From Tubiluchus corallicola (Eukaryota; Animalia; Priapulida): a stretch of DNA of 64,000 nucleotides. The translations under genes were made by a program, and so were the position numbers. Below, piece after piece: positions 12,555 through 24,448 of the stretch; position 1 is the first letter of the stretch, and every line of letters begins with the position of its first letter. The stretch covers positions 1 through 64,000 of the forward strand of contig JAQGDQ010000835.1 of the NCBI GenBank assembly GCA_030141605.1, written 5' to 3'. The notes below the pieces were generated by a model, which was given only the letters and a program-made list of their open reading frames with translations, made no database searches and had not been told where the DNA came from.

Positions 12555-13045
12555 AGGAAAACCGGATGATTGTGTAAACATGAGTTCAGAATACAGAATA
12601 CTCTAAAATATTGAAAACTACAATAACTTATTTTAAATCAAAGCTTAGATTAAATAATAATTGCCTCGGATACTCAAATTTTGTTAAACTGTCTCTGTAA
12701 TTATGTTTTAAATGTCTGGAATGACATTGTAGTAAAAATTAAAATTTCAGATTTACTGCTGTGCTCACACATGAGCTGTCGAACGTGTGTAGTCACCAAA
12801 TAAACACATCTGAACTGGAAGGTACAGCACGTGTTTTTTGTGTAATGTGTTTCTGAAATGCAGGTGCTAGTGCCTGTCTAACTAATGAATGGCAAAATGC
12901 ATGTAACAGTAAAGAAATAGTGGTGCAAACGCGAATTTGTGTTTGTGTGATAATAATTGTTTCACGTAAGTCGTTTTCGAAAAAATAGTATGTTTGCTTT
13001 AAATATTTTAAAGATTGATTGCTTTAACCTACAGTTTAAGATTGA
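12555..13045 (+). mobile_element. Composite of Kolobok-like MITE fragments (family A left end plus family B internal/right part)
   Basis: TTAA|AGGAAAACCGG start as at 23619; 12740-13040 matches 24740-25040. Confidence 0.65.
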
Positions 13046-13423
13046 CTTTTTTATTGACAGAGCTGACCGAATAAAAAGTCTCGAAAAAATACACATTTCC
13101 TAATTCCATAATTTTTAGTCATTTTCTATAGAAATGTTTTAGGAGTTTAGCGAAAGCAATGCCATGAAGCAACTGGTGTCATATTTGCGTCCTCTCCCCT
13201 GAATGTTTGTGTCTCGTATGTGGAAAACCAATCCTTCGATGGGTATAGCTATGCATTTGGTGTGAATGCTAGCGACCCATCAGTGCACTCTCCTGGTAGC
13301 GTCCAACCGAAAATGGTGACCGCCAGCTGCTCATTCAGTTGCCTCATTCTATCTCTGTCTTTCCCATGCTACAGAAAATTAAAAAAAACTTCTTGGTAAA
13401 TTCTCAAGTCTAAAAAGCGTCCT

Positions 13424-13490
13424 GCCGTTGTAGTGTAGGGTTTAGCATGGCATCCGGGAGAGAAGACAGAGGTGCGAGTCCCAGTCCAGA
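13424..13490 (+). mobile_element. Degenerate tRNA-like SINE head
   Basis: A-box-like TAGTGTAGGG, B-box-like GGTGCGAGTCC; no valid cloverleaf. Confidence 0.4.
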
Positions 13491-13619
13491 TGTGAAACTG
13501 CTTGCAACTTACTAATTAACATTTTGGTTACAGCAGAATCTTCTTGATATACACCAGGTCTTTATTTTTATTTATTTATTGTTAGTCTTCCGTTTTGTTT
13601 CTTTAAAAACTCACACATG

Positions 13620-14185
13620 CACGGGGCTGGAGGGTGACAAAACACAGTGCTAGATGGTCACAAAGCACAAGGCCAGAGGGTCACGAAGCAAAGGGCCAGA
13701 GGGTCACGAAGCACAGGGCCTGAGAGTTACCAAGCACAGGCCAGAGGACCACGAAGCACGGGGCCAGAGGGTCACGAAGCGCGGGGCTAGATGGTCACGA
13801 AGCACGGGGCTAGATGGTCACAAAGCACAGGGCTAGAGGGTCACGAAGCACAGGGCTAGAGAGTCATGAAGCACAGGGCCACAGAGTCACGAAGCAAAGG
13901 GCCAGAGGGTCACGAAGCACAGGGCCAGAGGGTCAAGAAGCACAGTGCCAGAGGGTCACGAAGCACAGAGCTAGATGGTCACTAAGCACAGGGCTAGAGG
14001 GTCACGAAGCACAGGGCCAGAGGGTCACGAAGCATAGGGCCAGAGGGTCACGAAGCACAGGGCCAGAGGGTGACAAAGCACAGGGCTAGAGGGTCACGAA
14101 GCACAGGTCTGGAGGACCACGAAGCACAGGACTAGAGGGTCACGAAGCACAGGGCTAGAGGGTCACGAAGCACAGGGCTAGAGGT
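13620..14185. repeat. 23-bp GC-rich minisatellite, about 24 copies
   Basis: Unit gggc(c/t)agagggtcacgaagcaca. Confidence 0.95.
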
Positions 14186-14844
14186 TACCGTATTATTATG
14201 ATTCCAAAAAGAATTTGTCGTTCATTTTGTATTAAATTAACAGATTATCAGATGAATTAAAAAACTTTTTCGGACGAATTTCGTATGTGTACATTACAAT
14301 GTTTCGTATGTGTATCTTTTGCAAAAATGATGTCTTAGCCATGAATGATTAAGGGTTACCGAAGGTTACATACTATACTAATGCGTATAAGTACGCCCTG
14401 TAACAATGACGTCTCGAGAAAATACTGCTAAAGAAGGAAATTATAAAAAAATATAAAAAAACAAGTTTTTCAGTAAGTTTATAATAAAATAAATTGAATA
14501 TTCCTACTGAGAGTAGGATTTTGTGTTGCAAAAGCTTACATTATATTGTAGGTTGGTTGACTTTAATTCTTACGAGTATTAAAAATAAAAATTTTCACAA
14601 CAGTGTTACGTAAACTACTGATAATAACTTTTTACGGAATGTATCTAGATTTTATATGAACAATGAATTGATTCTTAGTTTTAAAAGCCGTTTCTAGAAA
14701 GGCTACAATAATCTTGCATCATTCGCTGTTGGGTAGGATTAAATATATCCAGGTACCTTGATAAAACTGACAATCATCTGCAAAGGCATGCAAAGACGTC
14801 ACGGGAATTACATGATTTGCCGAGGACCCAGCTATGGATACAAA

Positions 14845-15068
14845 GATAACAAAGACAGCAACAAAATGAACAAATGTCTGAACACTTTGGTGTTTTTTAT
14901 TTATAAAATGAATCTGAAAGAACTACTCACTTCATTTCCTTCATTATCAGGATATTCAGGATAACAAAGACAGCAACAAAATGAACAAATGTCTGAACAG
15001 TTTGGTGTTTTTTATTTATAAAATGAATCTGAAAGAACTACTCACTTCATTTCCTTCATTATCAGGAT
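14845..15068. repeat. Near-perfect tandem duplication, period 115 bp
   Basis: gataacaaagacagcaac...ttcattatcaggat at 14845 and 14960. Confidence 0.9.
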
Positions 15069-16368
15069 CTTCTTTTTTCTCCAACACGATACTGCACGTT
15101 GAACATACGTCCCGATCAAAAATTACGAATGAAAGTTTGTATACGACTTAATCCATAGCCGACCAAGGTGGAGTAAAAATTACCCCAGGAGTATTTGCTC
15201 GCATTTGTTATATTGGTGCCTAAACGAAAAAAATTCAAACAAATAGTGATTAAATATTCTTCCATACCTTGGTTTTGTTGAAAAGTATCATTCGTGATTT
15301 TTTACAAAGCACGAGTACCAGATGCTACCTGTCCTGGGGTAAATTAATACGTACTCCGTTTGGTGTTTAGTGTAATATAAAACACCTTGGTCCGCTAACA
15401 GTTAATAATAATGACAAGAAAATCGACAATAAATAATTATTAATCTAATGATAACGATAACAATGCTGAATTGTGAGGTTTAATTGCCATTGCTAGTGTA
15501 ATGTTAATTAATTTAAGGTAGAAGATAAGCTAGACCAGGCTAGAACAAGATCAAACACGAATTTGTTATACCCTCTGCTGATATGTTTGTTGACCTGGTA
15601 AGAAAAGACAGACAAGACAAAAGCAAAACTTACTACTCTGTTTCTTCTCCTGGTAATCTTCTTCCTAATCCATCTCAATAACCTCACACAACAACACCTT
15701 CTTCTTGAACTTTCAAATACCGGCTCCTCACTCCATGCTAATTTAATGTAACTATCATTATTTATTCTATTTCTCTCTCTCTCTTATTTGTGGAATGATG
15801 AATGCTGTGACTTAGTAACGCATTGTTACGTCGTGAAGTGACGTCACGTAGCTGACGCGTTATTGCCCGACGCGTATTGTTTGGCGTTAAATGTATCAGA
15901 CTTACATCCCAGGGAAAACACTTCTCAGATTCTTTATTTAACAAAGTTGATTTTCCTATTTCTGGATAGGTGGAGAGGAAATTGCTATCTCGTGAAATTT
16001 GTGCGTAATACGATGAGGAATAGATCTACTACATTTATTAAATTTTAGTAAAATAAAAATTAATTTATTTGAAAAAATATTTAATATTAATTTGAAATTA
16101 CTAATACTACTATTACTTTGAATCTAAATGAAAATTATGTACATTTTTATGTCATTCCTAACTGATAGCCACAATTTGCATACAGTGAGTGCAGATGTGG
16201 TCTACTTTGTAAAATATGTGTTTTATGTCAAGTTGAAAACATTACTCCTATAAGAAGTGACACGTACCAAGATGGCGCCCAGTGGATCGACTGAACGTGG
16301 ATTCTCTATCCAACCATATGCCACAACCACAGGGCTGCTACGCTACGCCGGTTTTTCTGGACCAATGT

Positions 16369-16478
16369 TGGTATACCATACTTATATATAGCAGGTACCG
16401 TCGCTCTCTGAACGGAAGCCATGTGGTATACCATACTTATATATAGCAGGTACCGTCGCTCTCTGAACGGAAGCCATA
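16369..16478. repeat. Tandem duplication, period 55 bp
   Basis: tggtataccatacttatatatagcaggtaccgtcgctctctgaacggaagccat twice. Confidence 0.9.
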
Positions 16479-17019
16479 AGCCATACAGACACGTTCCATA
16501 TATCATCGGATTTGCATTGAAACGCAGAATCTGATGTACTGTGTCAAAGTCACGAGCCGAGTTTTATTTAGCCACAATACTGCATAATATCTGCTGTAGA
16601 TACAAACGTATTTTAGTCATTACAATATTGTGACTATTTATCTTGTATAGTTTTTCTTTCAACAATGTAACTGATTATTTAAATAATGAAATTCTCTTAA
16701 CTACAAATGTTGTCTTAATTAATAATGAATTATTTATGAATTAATTGCAATGGAATAATTTGCTTTAATTTTTCTTGTCAGCAACTAAATAAGTTTACTG
16801 TTTGTATCAAAACAGATATGAAACTAGAATCCATTTAGTAGAGATACACTCACACATCCTGACATTTTGAGGTTTTGACCTTAACGACCTTGAAATTTGA
16901 CCTCTTGGACCCCTTGGTCTTTCCCAGTCCTATCACTGTGTGAAGTTTGATGACTATAGTTTCGTCCATTTTCATTTTGAGCATTCTTTGGGCATGCTGA
17001 GTTTCCCTAGTCCCATCAC

Positions 17020-18905
17020 TATAAAAAAATGTTCAAAAAATACTAAAAAATCTAATTTTATACCCCAGCACCCTCTTCTCTTGCTAGAAACTAGTACTGC
17101 AATTGTAAAAAACCTGTACTTTAAAACTCCAACAGTAACTCGTGGAAGCAGTCATTTTGCTTTGGGTTTTTTCCGTTTCCATGCTTCATCTGAAAGAGCC
17201 ATCTACTGGATTTAAACATAATATGTGTTCTTCTAAAGTCCATAGCAACCAAAATTTGTGTGGTTGCTAAGTGTTTTGTAGAAACGAGACAAAAACAATG
17301 GCTGACTTTAACGGTGATTTTCTCGAAGTTATGTTTTTCAATGTGATTTGATTTAATTTAATATTTTATTTCAAACTTCACAAAGTTCATATACACATCA
17401 CAAATTAATTCCAAATAATACAATGAATCATGACACAATTAACGATATAACAAACTCCGCCAATGACATCTAATTACAGAAGTAAAGTTTGCATTACTGT
17501 TTATAATGTTCTTGCATATAAAATTTTCACTGTTATTCAGCCTGACGTATAAACTGTATGCACATTTTCTGTGAATCACATCAAAATAAATTATAATGAA
17601 GTCTAGTAGAAATATATCTAGCGCTCGTATCATATGAAAAGTTAAACAGCTTCCGTGTTGATACATTATATGCAACCTTGAGTTTGCTAAGATTGTAAGA
17701 ATAAAAATGTCTCCAAGTGGATTATGCAATATAAAGTAGTGCAGTGAGCATTAAACAATTGTCTCTTCACGTTAACTGAACACTGAGTAAATTTCATGAG
17801 TAATTTATTTGCTCTACCATAGTAAATTGAACATTGTCGTAATATATCTAAATCATCTCTATTTTCATCTGATAAAATATGACCCAAATATTTTTCCTTT
17901 TTACAAGGTACAAAACTTTTACACTGCAAAACAACAGACCCAAAAGTAAATTGCTGTATGTGGGCAGAGCGAAACGTGGCAAGTTTAGTCTTAAATTTAC
18001 AAGGATATCATATTATTTAACAAATTTATTAAAAATATCTAGCAGTCTCTGCAAAGCCGTCGAGGTTGTTGCTAAAAGACATATGTCATCGGCGTACATC
18101 AAGTGATTAATGCAGGCTTCAGCAATATGACAACCCACACCAGAGTTAGTAAGTGTAGCACTAAGGTTTTTAAAATAGAAGTTGAATAACAATGAAGACA
18201 TTTTTCCACCTTGACGAATTTCGTTACCTACTACAAAACTATCAGAGTTAAATTTACCCCATCTAACCAACATGCGTTGTTCCGTATAATAAAAAAGCAA
18301 ACGTCTAATTACTACATTTGGTAGGTTAGTATTGATAAGGTTTAGGAACAGTTTGAAATAGTTTACTCTATCGAATGCTTTTGATGATGCGTCAATAAAC
18401 AGAATATGTACAGTGCTTTGTCGATTAATGTAATAGTCAAGCACCTCTTTTAAAGTATGGATGCACATCTCTGTGCCTAATTTTTCAACAAAAGCCAACT
18501 GGTTTGGCGTGGTATTCAAAAGAACTGTAACTATTTAGAAGCAGTATTTCTATAACTTTGCTTCCTACAGATGAAAAAGCGATAGGTCTATAGTTGTTCT
18601 TGTCTGTAATATCCCCATTTTCGTCTTTAACGAGAGGTACTAGTACAGGTAACATTAATGAATGTGCGGCAGGTAACCGTGTGTTACACAGGACATGAAT
18701 AGCAGCGCCAACATGATTGGCAGCAAATGGATGAATTACGGAAATCACCTTTAATAATATACAGCCTGCACCTGAACATTAATGTGAAACTCAGCTTGGA
18801 AATAACGTAGAGCGATGAACTTGGTATCAAAATGATCCTCATGAAATGGAGATTCAGGATATGTGAATAGCTAGAAATGCGGACGTATGGACGATTTTGC
18901 TACGC
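17020..18905 (-). mobile_element. Sola1-like MITE copy split by the LINE insertion (pieces ~17020-17342 and ~18765-18905)
   Basis: The reverse complements of both pieces join into the sequence seen intact at 48530-49150 (gtgcaggct...tgaaaaacata). Confidence 0.7.
17345..18750 (-). mobile_element. Non-LTR retrotransposon ORF2 (reverse transcriptase) pseudogene, 5'-truncated and frameshifted
   Basis: NYRPIA, FIDAS(S)KAFDRVN, IRQGG..S.LLFN, HLMYADD and KYLG motifs spread over four - strand ORFs. Confidence 0.9.
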
Positions 18906-18996
18906 ACTAACTCATCGACATGTATGAAAGGGAAGTTTTGAAAATGTTTGCACAAGCGCAATTTGTTTCGGCATAAAACACAACGATCACAAAACT

Positions 18997-19524
18997 TTAG
19001 TTGGTAACCTGAAATTTTTGTATGTAATCTTTTCCACTTTTATCACCTCGCTTGTATTCATACTGGAGTTTGTTCAACATAACGTCTTTTAAGCGGAAGT
19101 GAAAAAGCTGATGAAGAATAATAGCTAATGCTGCTTGGTCGTATCTATGACAACAGTAGTTTTCAGGTGCAGAGAAATCACATGGTATTAGATGCGACCC
19201 GGTAGGAGCAATGCACTCTTTGATTAAAGCACAAGTCAACCACGGATATATCACTAATTCACGCACCCATTTTCTATTATGCACCACAATAGTTCCACCG
19301 CTTGCACCGAGAAGTTCGTTTGTTCTAAAGTACTCCACATCCGCGTTGAAGTACGCGTACATGCCCTTGTGTATGAAACAGTACAGTTTCATGTTTTGCC
19401 ACACTGTTATACCCAAATCGCTTGCAGTTCGATTGAATATAGACATAAGCTCTTCGGTTTTGTTTTCTTTCAGTCTGAACGAGCTGTCGACCCAGAAAAC
19501 AAATCCATACGTTTGCAACGTTTC
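18997..19524 (-). CDS. DUF1647 gene terminal coding exon (ETLQTYGFVFWVDSS...QVTN*)
   Basis: Acceptor ttattgcag; WVDSS and HRYDQ motifs. Confidence 0.85.
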   Translation of the reverse strand, partial: ETLQTYGFVFWVDSSFRLKENKTEELMSIFNRTASDLGITVWQNMKLYCFIHKGMYAYFNADVEYFRTNELLGASGGTIVVHNRKWVRELVIYPWLTCALIKECIAPTGSHLIPCDFSAPENYCCHRYDQAALAIILHQLFHFRLKDVMLNKLQYEYKRGDKSGKDYIQKFQVTN

Positions 19525-22500
19525 CTGCAATAACAATATGACAGTGTTAATTAAAAAAACTTGTATCGTTAGAGCAATCTGTAACATTAATAACCACGCT
19601 AGATTGGCAAACTTAGAAACATTACTTCTCTTCAGTTATTCCACCAAGAAATGAGAAAAGGTCTAACCATTCTTTAATTCACTCATTTGCAGGGGCGTCG
19701 TGCACCAAAAAAAATTAGGGGGGCCCGACTGTATATATATGGCGGAACTTAACTGTTTAAAAAATGTATAATTTTGAATTCACACACCAGTATTTTGCGT
19801 GCCAGAAAAACGATTTATTTATTCCCAACTGGCATTTAACTTAAAGCTATAGCTACAGAAATTTAATTAAAATTAAAAATTAATTTAAAATTAAAATTTA
19901 ATTAAGTATTTATTAGAGAATCGGCTTTCTAATCCAGCTAACACTGCAAGTGCTTATATAGGAAAGGGGGAAGCAATATCATTGGCCCAGTGCAAGGGGC
20001 CAATGGCCAATTACCTAGCGGGCATAGCCACGAGAGCAGAGGCTAATCAATGCAACAATTAGACATTAGATTCAATCATTATAATCGCATATCATGCTAC
20101 AGTGGGAGATTTTACCGTTCCTCTAAATTTTACACCATATTGGTCTCGTTACAAGTAGGGGTGAGCATCGAACGTTCGAGTTCGAACGTTCGAATCGAAT
20201 TCGAACGTTCGAATTCGATTCGAACGAGTTTTTTTAGTTCGAACTCGATTCGAATCCAAAACTATAGATTAGAATAATTCATCACTTCAATCACATATGT
20301 TCCTGATCACTAAAACGATTGAAGCAACATGCAATTAGCATAATTTAGCAGTAATTTCTGTGCACAATTTTAAACAAATTACTAGTCGTTTTATTGCAGA
20401 ACAAAATCTGGTGATACGCATGATCTTTGTAAGACAAATTTTTACTGGTGGTTCGAAACCTTGTTCGAAAATCGTTCAATCTCAATTCGAATTCGGTTCG
20501 AATTCGAAACACGAAAGTTCGATTCGAATTCGCTTTCTGGTAGAGATGCTCACCCCTAATTACAAGCCGCCGAAACCCTTAAAATTTTTGACATTTTTTA
20601 AACAATTGGGGGGCCCAGGCCCCTATAGCACGACGTCACTCCTCATTTGTGCCACCTTAACAAGCCAAGCTTTCAAGGTGTCATACAGCAACTCTTTTAT
20701 TTGGTTATTTTGACTTCATCAACGTTTTTTTTATCTATACTGTTTCTTTTTGTTTCAATAATATTGTATGTTGATGTATTGTATATGTATTGCTGGAGTG
20801 AAATAAATTAATTGAATTAAAAAAGGCTCGCTAATTTTCTCATTCTGAAGACAGTGGCACAGGCACTTCAGAAACACTTTTGCATCTGCTGTTACATGGC
20901 CAACATGCCAATTAAGGATTTTTAATGTAAACAGTTTTTATAATTATAGATAAGTTTTGTCACATGATAAATCAGAATTTCGTGACTACGAAATGCTTTA
21001 TAATCAAAAATGAAGTGTTTTTTATACTAAAGCAAACTAGACAAAAGGCTACCATAAGAATTTAAGGAAGGGTTGGAAGCCTACCACCACCAGACCAGGG
21101 GAATTGGGCATTTTTGGCTGTTTATTGCACATCTTATACTCCTTTTTTTCTCCATTCCAATTTTGCTGGTAGGCCTTGTCTCTTTTTCAACTTTTGTGGC
21201 GGGCTTTTGCCTGTTGGTGCTTTGTCCAGTGTGCAATGTCCACCACTAGAGGAATTGGGCATTTTTGGCTGTTTGTTGTACATCTTATTCTCCTTTTCCT
21301 CCATTCCATTTTCACTGGTAGGCCTAGTCTCTTTTTCAACTTTTGTGGCGGGCTTTTGCCTGTTGGGCTATTGTCCAGTGTGCAATGTCCAGTGGGTTTT
21401 TATCTTTCAAATGCAGATATTGCATTAGCTACACTCACCTGAATAATAATAGGCTTGAAAGCATATGTAAACAAGTTTTTCACGTGCTCCGGATATTTGC
21501 TGTAATTAAATTCCTTGTAATCACACTTGCTTAAATTACAGTAGTTCTTCATCTGAAATATAAATTTGAACACAAGGTGATCAAGCTTCACCTTTCCAAA
21601 GGTAAGACAGTTGGATTAGTTCATGGACCGTTCGTCCTGATATTTTAACGGTTGACACTGTACTATTGAAACACACAGACTAATTGGCAATAGCCTTAAA
21701 GACCAAGAAAAGGCCTAGTTAAAGCAAATCTCAGAAAATTTTCACTAAAGAATTATAACTGTTAGAGGCAATCTTAAGCGTTCATCATACTCACGTTAAA
21801 AGAATTTCCTGTTTGTTTTCATTTTAAATACTCCCGCGAGACTATCACGGCGGCGCCATATTAGATGACGTCACAGAAACACAACACGAATCTTTATAGT
21901 ACACGTGCTCAGAACTCACTTGAACTGTGTTCGAGTGATGTCATGCCACGTGATCAGTCACATGCTGGTTTTTCAATTGGCGGACTAAATGAAACATGTC
22001 TGCGCCAATGTTTACGGCAGCGGTTGAAATATTCGACAATAATCGGAGTAAATGCGAAAACGTGAGTACTTTATTCGTTTAATATTATACTTAGGTGATA
22101 TAATCTTTTAGTGCAAATTTTCTGAGTCTTACTTTGGTTGGCCATTTTCTTGTCCTTTAATATACTAAACCTTATGAAAACGGCATATATAATGCACCTT
22201 CGTATCGACGGCTGAATAGTAGAGGTGAGCAGTCTCTACCAGAAAGCAAATTTGATTCGAACTGGTACTGAACTTGTGTCTTTCGAACTCGAATTTCGAG
22301 ATTTTCAAAGCAGTATCGAATTATTTGATTTTGTTCTGCTGTACATGTTGTACATGTTTTGGACATTGTTGATCTAGCTCTCATAAACTTTTACCGTATG
22401 TAAAAAAACAGCATACAATACCCATTTCTGTTCATTGTGTCGGAGCCCCAAGTCGTAGAATACAAGATGGTAGTTCTCTCTTCCAAGCCGCTGATTGAGG

Positions 22501-22820
22501 TTCTTTAATAGGCCCTCCCCTTCTGTGTAATGTGATTTATCAAAAGCTGTAACTATCACAGGTCGATTTCTTGTTTCATCAAAAGATGAATCTTTTGTTA
22601 TCTCACTGCTCATGTACTTTTGCACTGTAGGAAATGCTTTGTCCACTGGACGTAGGCCATCTTGAGGACATTTCTGCCTTCTGGGGAACACTTGAGGAAT
22701 TGTGATGATACTGCGCATTGGGGTCCTGATGTAGAGGAGACCAAAAATGATGAACGTGATTAGCATGGCGAAGGTACCGACGAAAATCATGCGCTGCTGG
22801 CCCCAAGGTGAGGTAGTCAT
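18997..22820 (-). CDS. DUF1647-family protein (type II membrane, putative GT-A glycosyltransferase-like), 346 aa; complement(join(18997..19524,21439..21552,22422..22820))
   Basis: N-terminal TM anchor, then VIVTAFDKSHY, FYDLGL, FNYSKYPEHV..YAFKPIIIQE, FWVDSS, PWLTCAL..CIAPTGS and CHRYDQ, which I recognise as DUF1647 (PF07801) motifs. Both introns are phase-0 GT-AG. An acceptor at 22836-22837 implies an upstream 5'UTR exon. Confidence 0.8.
19690..20641. mobile_element. hAT-like non-autonomous element (outer)
   Basis: Perfect 8-bp TSD ctcatttg; imperfect TIR caggggcgtcgtgc / gcacgacgtcactc. Confidence 0.8.
20156..20558. mobile_element. hAT-like MITE nested in the previous element, with TTCGAA-rich subterminal repeats
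   Basis: TIR taggggtgagcatc / gatgctcaccccta; TSD gttacaag/attacaag; partial second copy at ~22220-22330. Confidence 0.8.
21095..21395. repeat. Diverged tandem duplication, about 150-bp period
   Basis: ggaattgggcatttttggctgttt...tgtccagtgtgcaatgtc twice. Confidence 0.8.
21439..21552 (-). CDS. DUF1647 gene middle exon (MKNYCNL...YAFKPIIIQ)
   Basis: Acceptor tttcag, donor CAG|gtgagt, 114 nt. Confidence 0.85.
21700..22156. mobile_element. Kolobok-like non-autonomous element in a DUF1647 gene intron
   Basis: TTAA|AGACCAAGAAAAGGCC ... GGCCATTTTCTTGTCCT|TTAA; TTAA TSD with purine (AG) termini. Confidence 0.7.
22422..22820 (-). CDS. DUF1647 gene first coding exon (MTTSPW...YDLGLRHNEQKW)
   Basis: ATG at 22820, TM segment, donor TGG|gtattg. 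Confidence 0.8.
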
Positions 22821-23099
22821 TATCAAGTCTCTTACCTGAAATAAGCAAGTCTTTTATGTTAAAGCACAAAACAACATTTTAATAAAGCTTAAAAAATCCT
22901 TCTTGGTATTTTGTTGCTGTCTTATTGCATGCAGAGCTTGCGTTGCCAGTAGCGTTGCAGAAAGTAGTAAATTTAAACTCTCACGATGAACCTTAGGCGC
23001 AGCCATTTTAACGGAAAGTCGTTTGAAACAAGTTTACAAAATGTTGCATAAAGTTTGAAAAAACTATCAAAGCATTCGTAGCACACTGTTTTGCGCCGC

Positions 23100-23442
23100 T
23101 TAAAAGACTCCCGGTTAATAGACCCAATTGCTTAATTGACTCAAAAACGCCTGGAACGGGCCGCTTCTAGGCAAATATACGTAACAACTATCGGCATTTG
23201 ATTCAAACAACTTCACATAATTGACTCAATGTTTTTCGTTCACCTACTTTACTTCCTTTTTATGCACTATGTATACAGAAACAATCGTGTTAAGTACCGT
23301 TTTGTTTATAATTAGGTACGTTTATCATGCACTAACGTAGCGGTTTTGCTTTGAATCTGTTATTCACCCATCGGTTAATAGGTTCAGTCGATTAATTGGG
23401 ACAGGTCAGTCCTAAAGTGAGTCCATTAAGCGGCGTCTACTG
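23100..23442. mobile_element. Tigger/pogo-like MITE remnant
   Basis: Right end attaagcggcgtctactg|ta, degenerate left end agactcccggttaat. Confidence 0.45.
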
Positions 23443-23618
23443 TATATATATATATTATAAATTTGTACGGAAATTTTTTTGGGGCATACTTTATACTTCA
23501 AGAGTGAAATGCATGCAAGGTGTACTAGATTATTACATAATGTAATAATTACTTTATCGATTTATTACATCTTGTCTTTCTGAAAAGGCCTTGAAATGAG
23601 GAGTGTTGAATATTTTAA

Positions 23619-24166
23619 AGGAAAACCGGACAATTGTGTAAACATGAGTTCAGAATAAAGAATGCTCTAAAATATTGAAAACTACAATTCCTTATTTTAA
23701 ATCAAGCTTTAGATTAAATAATAATTACCTCGGATACTCAAATTTCGTTAAACTTTCAAAGCTATGCGCGGCTCGGTGAATCTACTAAGATTGGCAGCGC
23801 CGCCTTTTTGTCACGTGCGCGTGGCCGACAAATAGAAGGTGGTACCGTGATAACCATGATAATAAACTGCACTGTTAGTTTCTGACGTCATATGACATCG
23901 AGCCCATTTTTCGTGACATCACGCGTTTAAGCAGTAACACTTACGCAAACATGCGTGACGCGCAAGGGAAAATGTCTGGCATTGCACATACTGTGGTTAG
24001 TTTCTGATGTAAGCAATAGCTGTGTTCGGTTGGCGTCAATTAATTTTCTAAGTGAATTATTCAAATATAAGAAAAAAATTGGTAACTTTTATAGGCAAGA
24101 AAATTTATTTTCTTTTGGACAGTAAATTAAAATGAGATCGAGTCTAAACAACCATCCGGTTTTCCT
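23619..24166 (+). mobile_element. Kolobok-like MITE family A, full length
   Basis: TTAA|AGGAAAACCGGA...TCCGGTTTTCCT|TTAA; other copies at 40472-40986, 43067-43632 and 12555. Confidence 0.85.
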
Positions 24167-24448
24167 TTAAACGTGCGAAGTACAATCTAATAAACTTTGA
24201 TCGTGAATCCTCATACTGCAATTACTGAAATTTTGGTCTCTGAACCAAACTACAGTAATTATGCTAGTAGCATTATTCATCTTACGACTCAATTGTGAGA
24301 CAATCTGGACAAGTCGAACTTACAAATAATCATTACAGACATGTGCGAGGTGAAGTTTTCCTAACACAGACAATCATAGGCATTAAATATTTTATGTACT
24401 GCCCCACACTGCAACGAAGAGGTGTCAGTCATACTCCCTCTGTCTTAA

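Noticed and set aside
16268-16280. YY1-like AAGATGGCG motif as a promoter
   Set aside because: Isolated motif with no associated exon or gene; likely part of a repeat
18013-18519. 168-aa reverse transcriptase ORF as a domesticated or retron-like RT
   Set aside because: It is one piece of a frameshifted, 5'-truncated LINE ORF2 with degraded motifs
19211-19654. 147-aa + strand ORF
   Set aside because: Antisense shadow of the DUF1647 exon
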